Below, in pieces: positions 16,570-26,732 of a stretch of 51,958 nt of DNA (positions are counted from its first letter, which is position 1; every line of letters begins with the position of its first letter). The translations under genes were made by a program, and so were the position numbers. The notes under the pieces were generated by a model. The model was given only the letters and a program-made list of their open reading frames with translations, ran no database searches and was not told the DNA's origin. This stretch comes from Candidatus Sivonenia alaskensis PMM_0068 (GTDB lineage Bacteria > Cyanobacteriota > Cyanobacteriia > Gloeobacterales > PMM-0068), in NCBI GenBank assembly GCA_949127685.1, contig CASBPW010000100.1, forward strand, positions 1 to 51,958, written 5' to 3'.

Positions 16570-19395
16570 ATGAACGAAAAAAAACGAATTTACGATTTAG
16601 CTCGCGACCTTAACCGCGATAGCAAAGATATTTTGGCCATCTGTGATGCGCTAAAAATTGTCTACAAAAGTCATAGCAGCTCGGTTAGCCATGAAGATGT
16701 AGAACGCATCAAGCAGCGGATCGCCAGTGGTCGCAGAACTGCCCAAAAGCCACCGGGGGTGCCCCCCCAAAAGCCAGGGATCGCAGGCATAGCCAAATCT
16801 AAGGCTCCACAAATTGTCTCTGTCCATCGACAGCAGATTGTTGGTATTCCCACGCGGCCCATTCAGCCTCCCGCCCCTCCCGTAGAAGCTGCGCCACCGC
16901 CTCAACCTACAGCCACTCCAACGGTGGCTCGTCAAGCGGTTATCGAACCTCAAGCTCCAGAGCGCGGTGGCAGTGTTAGCACTGTAGTCCCCGTTCAACC
17001 GGTAGCCAAAGAAGGCAAAAAGGTTGAGCCTCCGCGTGCTCCTGTACCCCCGCCTGCACTAACTACTGCTCCTGCCTCTGTTGCTCCTCCCGTAGTTCCT
17101 CCCGTAACGCCTCCTCCAGTCGCTGCACGTGCGGTTCCTCCGGTTCCTGAAGTACCTAAACCTCCTACCGCACCTCAAGCTCCAGCGGCACCCGTTGCTC
17201 CCCCAGGACCTATAAAAACTGAAGGGCCTAAACCAACCACCACAGGGGAGAGACCGACGAACCCGAGAGTGATAAAAAGCGCGGAGGAACCGCTGCCGCC
17301 TATCCGTCGGCTATCTGCTGTGGTGGAAGAAACCGAATCAGAACGGCGCGGGAAGGCTGGAGCTTCTCCTGCAAAGGCCCCCAAACCCCCTAAACGCTTA
17401 AAGGCGAAGGTTGTCGGGGAAGATGATGATGCAGTCGAACTCGATGTCACCAAAGCTTTAGATGAACAGTCTTTATTGGCCCGTCCGATTTCCCGGCCTA
17501 CGGCCAAGGCAAGTGCCAACGCACCAGCCCCAGTGCAGACTACCCGGTTTACAACCAGTAAGAAACGGGGCTCTAGCTCAGCCAGTCAGCGTCGTCGAGA
17601 CCGGAGGCCAGTAGAAGAAGCAAAGCCAACCAGCATTGTTTTAGGTGGAAACCTGACCGTTAAAGATCTGGCCGAATTGATGAAGGTGTCCAACACCGAA
17701 GTCATTAAGGTCCTCTTCCTCAAAGGCATCCCGGTTACCATCAACCAGACTTTGGATATGGAAACCGCTGAATTGGTAGCCACTCAACTCGGCTACGAGG
17801 TGGAATTTGCGGAGCAGGAAGCTGCGGCCAAGAAGACCGAAATGCTGGATATAGAAGACTTAGATCACCTTGTGATCCGTCCTCCAGTAGTTACGATCAT
17901 GGGCCACGTAGACCACGGAAAGACCTCTCTTCTAGATGCCATCCGTCGCACTAAAGTAGCTCAAGGTGAGGCTGGAGGCATTACGCAGCATATTGGTGCA
18001 TATCACATCGATGTTGAAGTAGAAGGCCGACCACGCCAAATTGTTTTCCTGGATACCCCAGGCCACGAAGCCTTCACGGCTATGCGGGCAAGGGGAGCCA
18101 AAGTCACGGATATCACCATTTTGGTGGTAGCTGCAGATGACGGTGTGATGCCTCAAACGAAAGAAGCAATTTCCCACGCTCGCGCTGCGGGTGTGCCGAT
18201 GATTGTTGCCATCAACAAAATCGATAAACCTGAAGCCAATCCAGACCGGGTTAAGCAGGAACTTGCGGACCAAGGACTGCTTGCTGAGGAATGGGGTGGA
18301 GATACTGTTATGGTCCCAGTCTCAGCCAAATCTCAGCTCAACCTGGATAAACTACTGGAAATGATTGTGCTGGTAGCCGATGTCCAAGAACTGTCGGCTA
18401 ATCCAGACCGCAGGGCTAAAGGAACGGTGATTGAAGGCAACCTGGACAAAGCGAAAGGCCCAGTCGCTACGATCTTGGTCCAGAATGGAACCATCCGCGT
18501 CGGCGATCCCTTTGTAGTCGGCTCCGTTTACGGTAAGGTTCGGGCTCTATTCGATGACCGCGGTGGTGCTGTTGAGAGTGCAGGTCCGTCCATGCCTGTG
18601 GAGGTCCTAGGATTCTCGGATGTGCCTGGGGTGGGCGATGAGCTGGAAGTTTACGCTGATGAGCGGGAAGCCCGTATAGAAGCTGAAAAGAGAGCTTTAG
18701 GGCAACGGGAAAACCGTTTAGCCCAGGCGATGGCGACCAGCCGGGTAACCTTGGGGATGCTTTCTTCGCAAGCGAAGGCAGGAGATCTCAAGGAACTTAA
18801 CCTAATCGTCAAAGGGGATATGCAGGGTTCTGTGGAAGCGATTCTCGGATCCTTGGCTCAACTGCCCCAAGACCAAGTCCAGCTCAAAATTCTACTTTCC
18901 GCAGCGGGAGATGTCTCAGAAGCAGACGTTGACCTCGCAGCGGCTTCAGGGGCTATTATTCTCGGGTTTAATATCACCTTGGGTCCTGCGTCCAGAGCGG
19001 CGGCAGAGCGTTCTCACGTCACTATTCAAGAGTATGACGTAATCTACAAGCTCCTCGAAGATGTGCGGGATGCCATGGCTGGGAAACTAGAACCCGAAAT
19101 GGTAGAAGAGCCTCTAGGGGTGGCGGAAGTGCGCCAGATTATTTCCATCGCCAAAGGAGCTGTAGCAGGCTGCATGGTCAAGGAAGGTAAGATCAGCCGC
19201 AGTAGTAATATTCGAGTCCGTCGGGGCAAGGATGTGGTCTATGAAGGCTATCTAGAGTCACTGAGGCGCTTCCAGGAAGATGTTAAGGAAGTCAATGCTG
19301 GCTTTGAATGCGGTATTCGGACTGCCTTTAGTGACTGGAAAGAAGGGGACTTGATCGAAGTCTATCGGATGGTCACCCAAAAACGCAGTCTGTAA
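16570..19395 (+). CDS. infB: Translation initiation factor IF-2
   Basis: 941 aa with a Pro/Ala-rich N-terminal region of about 350 aa, then the G domain ([25 protein letters not shown]) and conserved C-terminal domains. Confidence 0.97.
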   Translation: MNEKKRIYDLARDLNRDSKDILAICDALKIVYKSHSSSVSHEDVERIKQRIASGRRTAQKPPGVPPQKPGIAGIAKSKAPQIVSVHRQQIVGIPTRPIQPPAPPVEAAPPPQPTATPTVARQAVIEPQAPERGGSVSTVVPVQPVAKEGKKVEPPRAPVPPPALTTAPASVAPPVVPPVTPPPVAARAVPPVPEVPKPPTAPQAPAAPVAPPGPIKTEGPKPTTTGERPTNPRVIKSAEEPLPPIRRLSAVVEETESERRGKAGASPAKAPKPPKRLKAKVVGEDDDAVELDVTKALDEQSLLARPISRPTAKASANAPAPVQTTRFTTSKKRGSSSASQRRRDRRPVEEAKPTSIVLGGNLTVKDLAELMKVSNTEVIKVLFLKGIPVTINQTLDMETAELVATQLGYEVEFAEQEAAAKKTEMLDIEDLDHLVIRPPVVTIMGHVDHGKTSLLDAIRRTKVAQGEAGGITQHIGAYHIDVEVEGRPRQIVFLDTPGHEAFTAMRARGAKVTDITILVVAADDGVMPQTKEAISHARAAGVPMIVAINKIDKPEANPDRVKQELADQGLLAEEWGGDTVMVPVSAKSQLNLDKLLEMIVLVADVQELSANPDRRAKGTVIEGNLDKAKGPVATILVQNGTIRVGDPFVVGSVYGKVRALFDDRGGAVESAGPSMPVEVLGFSDVPGVGDELEVYADEREARIEAEKRALGQRENRLAQAMATSRVTLGMLSSQAKAGDLKELNLIVKGDMQGSVEAILGSLAQLPQDQVQLKILLSAAGDVSEADVDLAAASGAIILGFNITLGPASRAAAERSHVTIQEYDVIYKLLEDVRDAMAGKLEPEMVEEPLGVAEVRQIISIAKGAVAGCMVKEGKISRSSNIRVRRGKDVVYEGYLESLRRFQEDVKEVNAGFECGIRTAFSDWKEGDLIEVYRMVTQKRSL

Positions 19396-19398
19396 AAC

Positions 19399-19435
19399 AC
19401 CTCCTTTCCCTCTGAATTTGGCGACGAAGGGAGGT
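19399..19435. terminator. Hairpin between convergent infB and mltA (possible bidirectional terminator, no U-tract)
   Basis: ACCTCCTTTC (19399-19408) pairs with GAAGGGAGGT (19426-19435), 10 bp with one mismatch. It lies 4 nt after the infB stop and 3 nt before the mltA stop. Confidence 0.3.
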
Positions 19436-19437
19436 CC

Positions 19438-20736
19438 CTAATGCTGAATCAGCGGCTCGTTTGGAGAGGGTGTCACCTTAATACTGGGAGCAGGATCTAT
19501 GCCCGTATTTGGGGTGCCTGGAGTAGACGCCTGATTAGAAGGTTGCTTCAACAGAAGAAAATAGAATTTCCCAGGATTTTTAACTCCCCCAGCAATCTGG
19601 CCTGCTTCCGGTCCGGTACCCATAAACAGATCAGCCCTAGAAGGGCCAATGATTGCCCCGCCAGTATCCTGATTGAGCATCAAGCGACGGAAGGGGCGTC
19701 CTTCAATTTGGGTATCCACAAGAGCAATTGCTCCGTAGGGAAATACGGTCTTATCCGTAGCAAAGGAACGCTTTGCCGTTAGGGGAACTCCCAGACTACC
19801 TCTAGGACCTTCCGGTGTATTAGGTTTGGGCGCAAAAAAGACGTAGCTTTCGTTTTGATAGGCATAGGTATTGAATTCTTCAGGATGTTCTTGGAAATAG
19901 CTCATAATGCTTTCCAGGGAAACCTGTTTCCGGGTCATTTTACCTGCCTGGATGAGGGCTTGGCCCAAGCTCCGATAAGGCCGGTCCGTTTTACCCGCAT
20001 AGCCTAAGCGTAGCTCCCGGCCTTCCGGCAAAGTTAGGCGGACAGATCCTTGTACCTGGGCTAAAAATACCTCCATCGCACTACCGAGATAGGCAAGTTC
20101 CAGTCCCTTGAGTAGACCTCCTTCTTCAATCTCCTGGCGGGTTGGATAGGGCACAATCCCATTGGGAGTTGATTTGCCCAGAGCTTTTCCTTTCTTATCT
20201 ACGACCAAATCAGGAGGGAGGCTATAGAGAGGATAGATGAAGGGTGGAATGGGCTTGGTGCGAGCTTCATAAACAGGCTCGAAATAAGCAGTGTAGAGTA
20301 TAGAGCCTAGTTGAGGTGCAGGAGTGAGGGGAGTCGTCCCAGAGAGGGGTGTGGGAGTATTGGATGGGGATGGTACGGAGGGCCTCGTAACAACGGTGTC
20401 TGGATGAACATAAAGCTGGAATTCTCGTTGGACCTGATTGCTGAACTCCCACCCGGAACGACAAGCATCCAAAAGGGCTCGCAAACGTTCCAGACTGGAT
20501 TTTGCCCAGCTATGACTTACCCCGGCCAGAGGAAAATCTTCCTGGGACTTGGGCCCTTCGAAATACTGCAAACTGTAGGCTATGGACTGCTTAAGGGAAT
20601 CCCGTTCCCGCCAGTCCTGAATCAAATTTCCCGAATTTTGGTTGATCGGGACCAATGGGCTTGCATAAGAAGCTCCAGCCAAACTAGAGACCGCTAGAGC
20701 ACTTAGGATGGTCCGTCTCATCACCCACATCAGCAC
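19438..20736 (-). CDS. mltA: Murein transglycosylase A family protein (MltA domain plus 3D domain)
   Basis: Signal peptide, then YFEP...YPLY, GSVRL.L.EG, and the C-terminal 3D-domain block DTGGAIIGPSRADLFMGTG. An S/T/P-rich insert occurs near residue 120. Confidence 0.8.
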   Translation of the reverse strand: MLMWVMRRTILSALAVSSLAGASYASPLVPINQNSGNLIQDWRERDSLKQSIAYSLQYFEGPKSQEDFPLAGVSHSWAKSSLERLRALLDACRSGWEFSNQVQREFQLYVHPDTVVTRPSVPSPSNTPTPLSGTTPLTPAPQLGSILYTAYFEPVYEARTKPIPPFIYPLYSLPPDLVVDKKGKALGKSTPNGIVPYPTRQEIEEGGLLKGLELAYLGSAMEVFLAQVQGSVRLTLPEGRELRLGYAGKTDRPYRSLGQALIQAGKMTRKQVSLESIMSYFQEHPEEFNTYAYQNESYVFFAPKPNTPEGPRGSLGVPLTAKRSFATDKTVFPYGAIALVDTQIEGRPFRRLMLNQDTGGAIIGPSRADLFMGTGPEAGQIAGGVKNPGKFYFLLLKQPSNQASTPGTPNTGIDPAPSIKVTPSPNEPLIQH

Positions 20737-21113
20737 ACTCCTCAGAGTTAGTAGATCAACATCTCCTAGATAGACAGAGTAAGCTATGGATAGCGCTTCA
20801 TAACAATTTCATCAAAATCTGTAAGGGAAATAAGCTCATCTGTGCGAAGATTAACTCGTCCCAAGCATACAAACAACAAGAGGAGTTTAAGAAATTCCGG
20901 TTGTTAAAAAACTTTAGGGCTTCCAGGATATATTTCTGTGTTTAAGATCCCCCATCAACCTAATTTTAAGCTTTGTTTATGCCGCATTACGAGGCATGAA
21001 CAGGGGCGGTATGATTTGGGGGATCAGTTTTGTCTGAATCTGGTCAACCAGCAGAAAATTTGAGGCTATCGGTCTGTACTTTCTAGTCTAAACCTTACTA
21101 TAGGAGTTCCCCA

Positions 21114-22112
21114 GTGATCCGCTCCGCTACACGTTTCGATCCTAGTTCTATTACAGCGGCTGCTTTTATCGGAGATGAAAGGCTTCGCGTCTTCTCCGGT
21201 TCAGCCAATCCAGACCTAGCCCTGATGGTAGCTCGCTATCTGGGGATGGACCCAGGACCGTTAGTCCGCAAAGCCTTCGCAGATGGAGAATTATATGTTC
21301 AGATTCAGGAGTCGGTAAGGGGTTGTGATGTTTATTTGATTCAGCCTACCTGTGAACCCGTAAATGACCACCTTATGGAACTGCTGCTGATGATTGATGC
21401 CTGTAAACGGGCCTCTGCTCGGCAGATCACAGCAGTTATTCCTTACTACGGATATGCCCGAGCAGACCGAAAAACCGCAGGTCGAGAATCCATTGCCGCC
21501 AAATTGGTCGCCAATTTGATCACCAAGGCTGGAGTGAGCCGAGTCTTGGCTATGGACCTTCATTCAGCACAGATCCAAGCTTATTTTGATATCCCCGTGG
21601 ATCATGTCTATGGCTCACCTGTAATCATTGAATACATCAAAAGTAAACATCTGGAAGATGTGGTGGTAGTCTCGCCCGATGTGGGCGGGGTAGCTCGTGC
21701 CCGTGCCTTTGCTAAAAAATTGGATGACGCACCGCTGGCCATTGTAGATAAGCGCCGTCAAGCCCATAACGTGGCAGAAGCGATGAATGTGATCGGGGAA
21801 GTAGAAGGCAAGACAGCTATCCTCGTCGATGACATGATTGATACGGCAGGGACGATTTCAGAAGCAGCCCGTGCCCTGATTGCAGAGGGAGCGCGTGAAG
21901 TGTATGCCTGTGCTACCCACGCTGTGTTTTCTGGCCCTGCCGTATCCAGGCTTTCCACAGGAATCTTCAAGGAAGTTATCGTTACCAATACCCTGCCGAT
22001 TTCTCAGGCGCGACGTTTTCCCCAACTCCAAGTTCTTTCCGTCGCCAATCTATTGGGGGAAGCTATTTCACGTATCCATGAAGATTCTTCCGTCAGCAGC
22101 ATGTTCCGCTAG
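21114..22112 (+). CDS. prs: Ribose-phosphate pyrophosphokinase
   Basis: LRVFSGSANPDLA, YYGYARADRK, DLHSAQIQAYFDIPVDH, and the PRPP loop ILVDDMIDTAGT. GTG start. Confidence 0.95.
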   Translation: MIRSATRFDPSSITAAAFIGDERLRVFSGSANPDLALMVARYLGMDPGPLVRKAFADGELYVQIQESVRGCDVYLIQPTCEPVNDHLMELLLMIDACKRASARQITAVIPYYGYARADRKTAGRESIAAKLVANLITKAGVSRVLAMDLHSAQIQAYFDIPVDHVYGSPVIIEYIKSKHLEDVVVVSPDVGGVARARAFAKKLDDAPLAIVDKRRQAHNVAEAMNVIGEVEGKTAILVDDMIDTAGTISEAARALIAEGAREVYACATHAVFSGPAVSRLSTGIFKEVIVTNTLPISQARRFPQLQVLSVANLLGEAISRIHEDSSVSSMFR

Positions 22113-22128
22113 GCGCTAGGATCGTCTG

Positions 22129-22971
22129 GTGACCTTTTCAACTGAATGTCTTATACACCCGACTGCGGTGGTTCATCCATCAGCCCAGCTCCACCCAACT
22201 GTTCGGGTGGGAGCCAACGCTGTTATCGAAGCTGATGTGATTATTGGCTCAGGCACCGTGGTGGCCCATCGAGCGGTCATTGCCCAGGGGACTGTCCTCG
22301 GCGAAAATAACCAAATTTATCCCGGAGCTATGTTAGGAGCTATCGCCACCTTGGTGATTCCTGAGAAGTCTGAGGAAGAAGGCTTACCAGAAGCCCTGCC
22401 AGGAAAGGTAGTCTTAGGTTCTCGAAATTACATTCGAGAACACGTAATTATTGAACGTGGGCCCGGTCAAGACACGGTGATTGGGAGCGACAATCTTTTA
22501 ATGGGCTATGTATTCATTGGCCATGGGGCACAAGTCGCTGACAATACCGTTATGGTGAATTGGGTCCATTTAGGAGCTCATGTCCACGTTGCGCCCAGAG
22601 CCATCCTTGGAGGACTTGCGTTTATCTTGCCAAATGTTTGGATTGGTCGCTGCGTAATGGTCGGAGGTAAAGCCACTGTCCGCGAAGATATACCCCCTTT
22701 TATGCTCGCAGCGGATGTCCCTGCTCGGGTGCGTTGTCTGAATACCATTGGTCTTTCCCGCATTGGCATTTCACCGCGTGCGGATATTGAAGGTTATCGA
22801 CTTCTCCGGCTTGCCCATCGTCTGCTCTACCGTTCTGGGTTGACCTTGCCAGCAGCGCTTGCCAAAATTGATCAACTAGCTGCCCATCCCCAGGTACAAG
22901 AACTGAGTAACTTTATAGAAGCATCCTTACAGAGAGCTCCCGAGCCTATTGGAGAAGTAGAGGAGGATTGA
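22129..22971 (+). CDS. LpxA-like acyl-ACP:UDP-GlcNAc O-acyltransferase (left-handed beta-helix), stand-alone copy
   Basis: Collinear with E. coli LpxA as remembered. IHPTAVVHPSAQL..., GSDNLLMGYVFIGHGAQVADN (His retained), GGKATVREDIPPF, LRLAHRLLYRSGLTL. It carries an extra acidic insert of about 20 aa (PEKSEEEGLPEALPG). GTG start. Confidence 0.65.
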   Translation: MTFSTECLIHPTAVVHPSAQLHPTVRVGANAVIEADVIIGSGTVVAHRAVIAQGTVLGENNQIYPGAMLGAIATLVIPEKSEEEGLPEALPGKVVLGSRNYIREHVIIERGPGQDTVIGSDNLLMGYVFIGHGAQVADNTVMVNWVHLGAHVHVAPRAILGGLAFILPNVWIGRCVMVGGKATVREDIPPFMLAADVPARVRCLNTIGLSRIGISPRADIEGYRLLRLAHRLLYRSGLTLPAALAKIDQLAAHPQVQELSNFIEASLQRAPEPIGEVEED

Positions 22972-23045
22972 CCTTTCCTGCGTATAGGGTAACCTATCAA
23001 TGACTAGGGTGTGTTTAAGGTGAGCAGCCATCATAAGGAGATAGG

Positions 23046-23765
23046 ATGCTACGCAGAATTATATATTTCCTGTTTGGAGAGCGGGCGGGCAGAGTCCTCG
23101 TTGGGGGCTGGAATTGGCTGTGGGGAAAACCTATAGATGAAGGCGGACAGGTTGCGGTTTCTGTGGCTGAGGAATCTCTGCGCACCATGCAGGAATCTGT
23201 CCAGCGCTTAACCCAGGCTGTATCAACCCAAGTGGCTGCCTACCAACGCGCGCAGCAGAAATATCAAGAAAAAGTTAAAGAATATAATCAATACGAAAAG
23301 CAAGTCCAAACAGCCCGTGGCAATAGTAATGGAGAAGCAGCCCGTCTTGCTATGGGGCGTTTGATTCAGGTAGAGAAGATACTCCCTCAGTTGGAAGAAC
23401 AGGTGAGTCAAGCCGAGCAGTTTGTCAATCAGGCCAAAGAAAAGCTCAACCGAGAACGCGCGAAACTAGAAACTTCTAAGACTGACCTGCAAAATATGAA
23501 AGACCTAACCGAGATCAATGAGGCGTTAGAACAGATGGCTAAAGTGAATTCAGACTACAGTATCGACTCAGCCCGTTCCCAATTTGAAGCGGCCAAAGAT
23601 GCCGTCCAACGCAAGAATCTGAAAATATCAGCTTTCAACGAATTATCCGAAAACCCGGCAGAGAAGGTAGACGAGGACTTACAAAAAATGACGTTAGATG
23701 ATGAGATTACTCAGCGCTTGGCTAGATTTGATACGCCTGAAAAATTGCCGGAGAATCCATCGTGA
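23046..23765 (+). CDS. Divergent PspA/IM30 (Vipp1)-family coiled-coil protein
   Basis: EESLRTMQESVQRLTQAVSTQVAAYQRAQQKYQEK..., GEAARLAMGRLIQVEKIL... and the C-terminal LDDEITQRLARF parallel PspA blocks (MIQEMEDTLVEVR..., EDLARAALIEKQKL, DDAISEQLAQLK). The N-terminus is atypical (MLRRIIYFLFGERAGRVLVGGWNWLWG). Confidence 0.6.
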   Translation: MLRRIIYFLFGERAGRVLVGGWNWLWGKPIDEGGQVAVSVAEESLRTMQESVQRLTQAVSTQVAAYQRAQQKYQEKVKEYNQYEKQVQTARGNSNGEAARLAMGRLIQVEKILPQLEEQVSQAEQFVNQAKEKLNRERAKLETSKTDLQNMKDLTEINEALEQMAKVNSDYSIDSARSQFEAAKDAVQRKNLKISAFNELSENPAEKVDEDLQKMTLDDEITQRLARFDTPEKLPENPS

Positions 23766-24676
23766 GTCAGTCTAAAAGTGGGCTTCCTCCCATTGTTTAC
23801 ATTCTGCTCCTGCTTGGTCTCGGGGCAGGTGGTTATTACTACTACACCAATAAACAGGGAAATGGAGCTCCTTCCTTGAGTCTGCCTACGGCTGATTCAG
23901 CAAATTCACCGGCAGCGGTCTCTACGACAACTTCAGGGCTGAATCTGCCAAATACGCTATCGGCCGGAAGTTCTGTGCGACTGGATGGGTCTACCAGCCT
24001 TGCTAAGTTTAACCAGCGCTTGGGCCAAGCTTTTTTAGACCGTTACCCAGGGGTGAACTATGACTGGAAAGCCAATGGCAGTTCCAAGGGGATTCAAGCT
24101 CTACTCGCAGGCCAAGTAGATATAGCTGCAAGCTCTCGACCGTTGACGGAGGAAGAAAAAATTAAGGGTTTAGTGGCTGTCCCCGTCAAAAGCGATGCCA
24201 TTGCGCTCTTAGTCAGCAAAGAAAGTCCTTTTGAGGGAGGACTGACCTCTAACCAAGTGCGGGATATTTTCACGGGTAAAGTAACGAATTGGTCACAGGT
24301 AGGCGGTCCACCCCTCCCTTTACGGGTGATCAACCGCAATTCGAGCAGCGGAACCTATAAAGTCTTCCAAACTGCGGCGTTAGAAGGGAGCAATTTTGGC
24401 AGCGGTCCTAACTGGACTACGATGAAGCGGGATGTCACGACTGAGATTTTGCAGCAATTAAAAACAAATGGCATTGGTTACGCAAACTACAGTGAGATCA
24501 AAGCGCAGAAGACTATTCGGGTTATCCCCCTAGACGGGAATTCTCCAGGTTCCCCCAATTACCCTCTCCCCACCGTGCTCTATTATGTCTATAGTCCGAA
24601 CGCCACCGAAGCTACCAAAGCTTTTGTTGCGTTCGCCACGAGTCCTGCCGGGAAAGCCATTGCTGCGTTAGAGTAG
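23762..24676 (+). CDS. Membrane-anchored periplasmic binding protein of the PstS / PBP-like-2 fold
   Basis: N-terminal TM segment (PPIVYILLLLGLGAGGYYYY), an S/T-rich linker, then VRLDGSTSLAKFNQRL..., ANGSSKGIQALLAGQVDIAASSRPLT and INRNSSSGTY. The GTG start overlaps the upstream stop by 4 nt. Confidence 0.65.
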   Translation: MSQSKSGLPPIVYILLLLGLGAGGYYYYTNKQGNGAPSLSLPTADSANSPAAVSTTTSGLNLPNTLSAGSSVRLDGSTSLAKFNQRLGQAFLDRYPGVNYDWKANGSSKGIQALLAGQVDIAASSRPLTEEEKIKGLVAVPVKSDAIALLVSKESPFEGGLTSNQVRDIFTGKVTNWSQVGGPPLPLRVINRNSSSGTYKVFQTAALEGSNFGSGPNWTTMKRDVTTEILQQLKTNGIGYANYSEIKAQKTIRVIPLDGNSPGSPNYPLPTVLYYVYSPNATEATKAFVAFATSPAGKAIAALE

Positions 24677-24678
24677 CA

Positions 24679-26205
24679 ATGGCTTTCCTGTTCTCGATAC
24701 ATAAAAAAGACGTGAAATCTCCATTTTTCAAAAGTCCAGTTTGGGCTATCTTCTGGGGTTTCTTGTTACTGGCTCAACCTGGCCACGCGGAAACTTTACG
24801 CATCGGTATTCAGCAATGGTTTGGGCCCCAAGACCGAGTTACGATTCAGGCGAGCGGGGGTGGAACCCTTTCTCTTAAGTTTCCAGAGCAATCAGCTCCT
24901 TTAAAGACAAAGGCGATCACTCTAAAAGCTCCGCTCACTGCTTTGTCTGCGCCCCAAGATCTGAGTCGTTTGGTGATTAGTTCGCACCGTAGTTTTGAAG
25001 ACGCCGATCTAATTGCGACGAACCTCCGTAAAGCAGGATTCCCTGTAGAAGTAGCGCGCCCTAAACGCTGGCAAGTATGGGCAGACCGTAAGATCTTTCG
25101 GGATACAGCCCTAAAGGAATCGGTACTGCCCAAACTCCAACAGCAGGGGTACCCCGCGCGTATTGAATCGGTCATCCGCAACGAAGGTCCCCTACTTTCC
25201 TGGAATGCCGATGGACTCCAATACAGAGGACCTAGGTTAGAGATTTCTAGCACCAGTGGCAAGATTAAGTTTGGACGTTATACCTATCCAGGAACCTTAT
25301 CCATAGAGCCCAACTCCTATGGCACGTACACCGTTATCAATACCGTAGACCTGGAATCCTATATACGGGGTGTTGTCCCTTACGAATTGAGTGCTAACCC
25401 ACCGTTTGAAGCGATTAAAGCCCAAGCCGTCATCGCGCGCACCTATGTGCTCAAAAATCGCCATCGCTTCGCCATAGATGGCTATGAGCTCTGTGCTACG
25501 CCCAATTGTCAGGTTTACCGGGGAATTGGCGGATTAACTCCAGCGATGGATGAAGCCGTGCGCCAGACAAAAGGTCAAACGGTCAGTTATCAAGGACAGC
25601 TCGTTGATGCGCTCTACACTTCCTCTAACGGGGGAAGGACCGCTAGCTACACTGACCTTTGGCAAGGTACCGACCGACCCTACCTCCGATCATTCTTTGA
25701 TACCCCTCTGAAGATTCCCCAACTCACCTTCTCACGCTTAGATCGAGAACAAGATATCCGTCAGTTTTTGGGAAGTACTCCGCTCTTGAATGAATCTTCT
25801 TGGCCTGGCTTCCGCTGGAAGCGAACCTATTCCAATCAGGGATTGATGGACTCTTTTTTGGAAAACTTGAGCAGCGTAGGAATATCGATTCCCCCTTTTA
25901 CCGTTGTTCAAAATATCCAAGTTACCCAACGTTCTAGCAGTGGTAGAGTTCTTGCCCTCCAAGTCCAAACTGACAGTGCTACCTTCACTCTGGGAAAAGA
26001 TGCCATTGTTGCTGTCATTGATAAACTGCCTAGCTCTCTGTTCTTTGTAGACCGCACCCCTGAGGGTTCCTTTATCTTTACGGGAGGAGGCTGGGGGCAT
26101 GGCATTGGTTTGAGCCAATACGGAGCTTATACTTTAGCCAATCGAGGCTGGAATTACCGGAAGATTTTGCAATTCTATTTTCCTGGGACACAAATTTCCG
26201 AATGA
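24679..26205 (+). CDS. SpoIID/LytB-domain protein (peptidoglycan remodelling)
   Basis: Signal peptide ...AQPGHAE, then the SpoIID block LESYIRGVVPYELSANPPFEAIKAQAVIARTY...CATPNCQVYRG and GGWGHGIGLSQYGA. It starts 2 nt after the upstream stop. Confidence 0.85.
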   Translation: MAFLFSIHKKDVKSPFFKSPVWAIFWGFLLLAQPGHAETLRIGIQQWFGPQDRVTIQASGGGTLSLKFPEQSAPLKTKAITLKAPLTALSAPQDLSRLVISSHRSFEDADLIATNLRKAGFPVEVARPKRWQVWADRKIFRDTALKESVLPKLQQQGYPARIESVIRNEGPLLSWNADGLQYRGPRLEISSTSGKIKFGRYTYPGTLSIEPNSYGTYTVINTVDLESYIRGVVPYELSANPPFEAIKAQAVIARTYVLKNRHRFAIDGYELCATPNCQVYRGIGGLTPAMDEAVRQTKGQTVSYQGQLVDALYTSSNGGRTASYTDLWQGTDRPYLRSFFDTPLKIPQLTFSRLDREQDIRQFLGSTPLLNESSWPGFRWKRTYSNQGLMDSFLENLSSVGISIPPFTVVQNIQVTQRSSSGRVLALQVQTDSATFTLGKDAIVAVIDKLPSSLFFVDRTPEGSFIFTGGGWGHGIGLSQYGAYTLANRGWNYRKILQFYFPGTQISE

Positions 26206-26273
26206 CCTCTTGGTTCCTACCTATAGCGTTAGAAGTTCAAGGTTATACTATTTGGGATCCTCCTTCATTTGCC

Positions 26274-26732
26274 ATGCCTCTAAACATTGGCGATCCTGCC
26301 CCCTCTTTTAAAGCTTTAAGTACTGCGGGAGAAGAAATTTCTCTAGAAAATTTACAGGGGATAAAAGTACTCCTTTACTTTTATCCTAAAGACGATACCC
26401 CTGGTTGTACCAAAGAAGCCTGTGGATTTAGAGACCAATGGTCCCGCTATCAGGAGCAGGGAATTATGGTCCTAGGGGTGAGTAAAGACTCTGTGGCCGC
26501 TCACCAAAAATTCACCCAAAAATATACGCTCCCTTTTCCTCTATTGTCAGACCCTGATGCCGTCATCGCCAGTTCATACGGAGTTTGGGGAGAAAAAAAG
26601 TTTATGGGAAAGACGTACATGGGGGTCAACCGCTCTACCTTTTTGATTGATGAAAACGGTAAGATTGCCCATATCTGGTCTAAAGTCAAAACGGATACGC
26701 ACGCGGAAGATGTTCTGAGCATCCTTACATGA
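26274..26732 (+). CDS. bcp: Peroxiredoxin PrxQ/Bcp
   Basis: MPLNIGDPAPSF...LLYFYPKDDTPGCTKEACGFRD... The track's longer start (ATG 26202, ATGA overlap with the SpoIID stop) is an alternative that adds 24 non-conserved residues. Confidence 0.9.
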   Translation: MPLNIGDPAPSFKALSTAGEEISLENLQGIKVLLYFYPKDDTPGCTKEACGFRDQWSRYQEQGIMVLGVSKDSVAAHQKFTQKYTLPFPLLSDPDAVIASSYGVWGEKKFMGKTYMGVNRSTFLIDENGKIAHIWSKVKTDTHAEDVLSILT

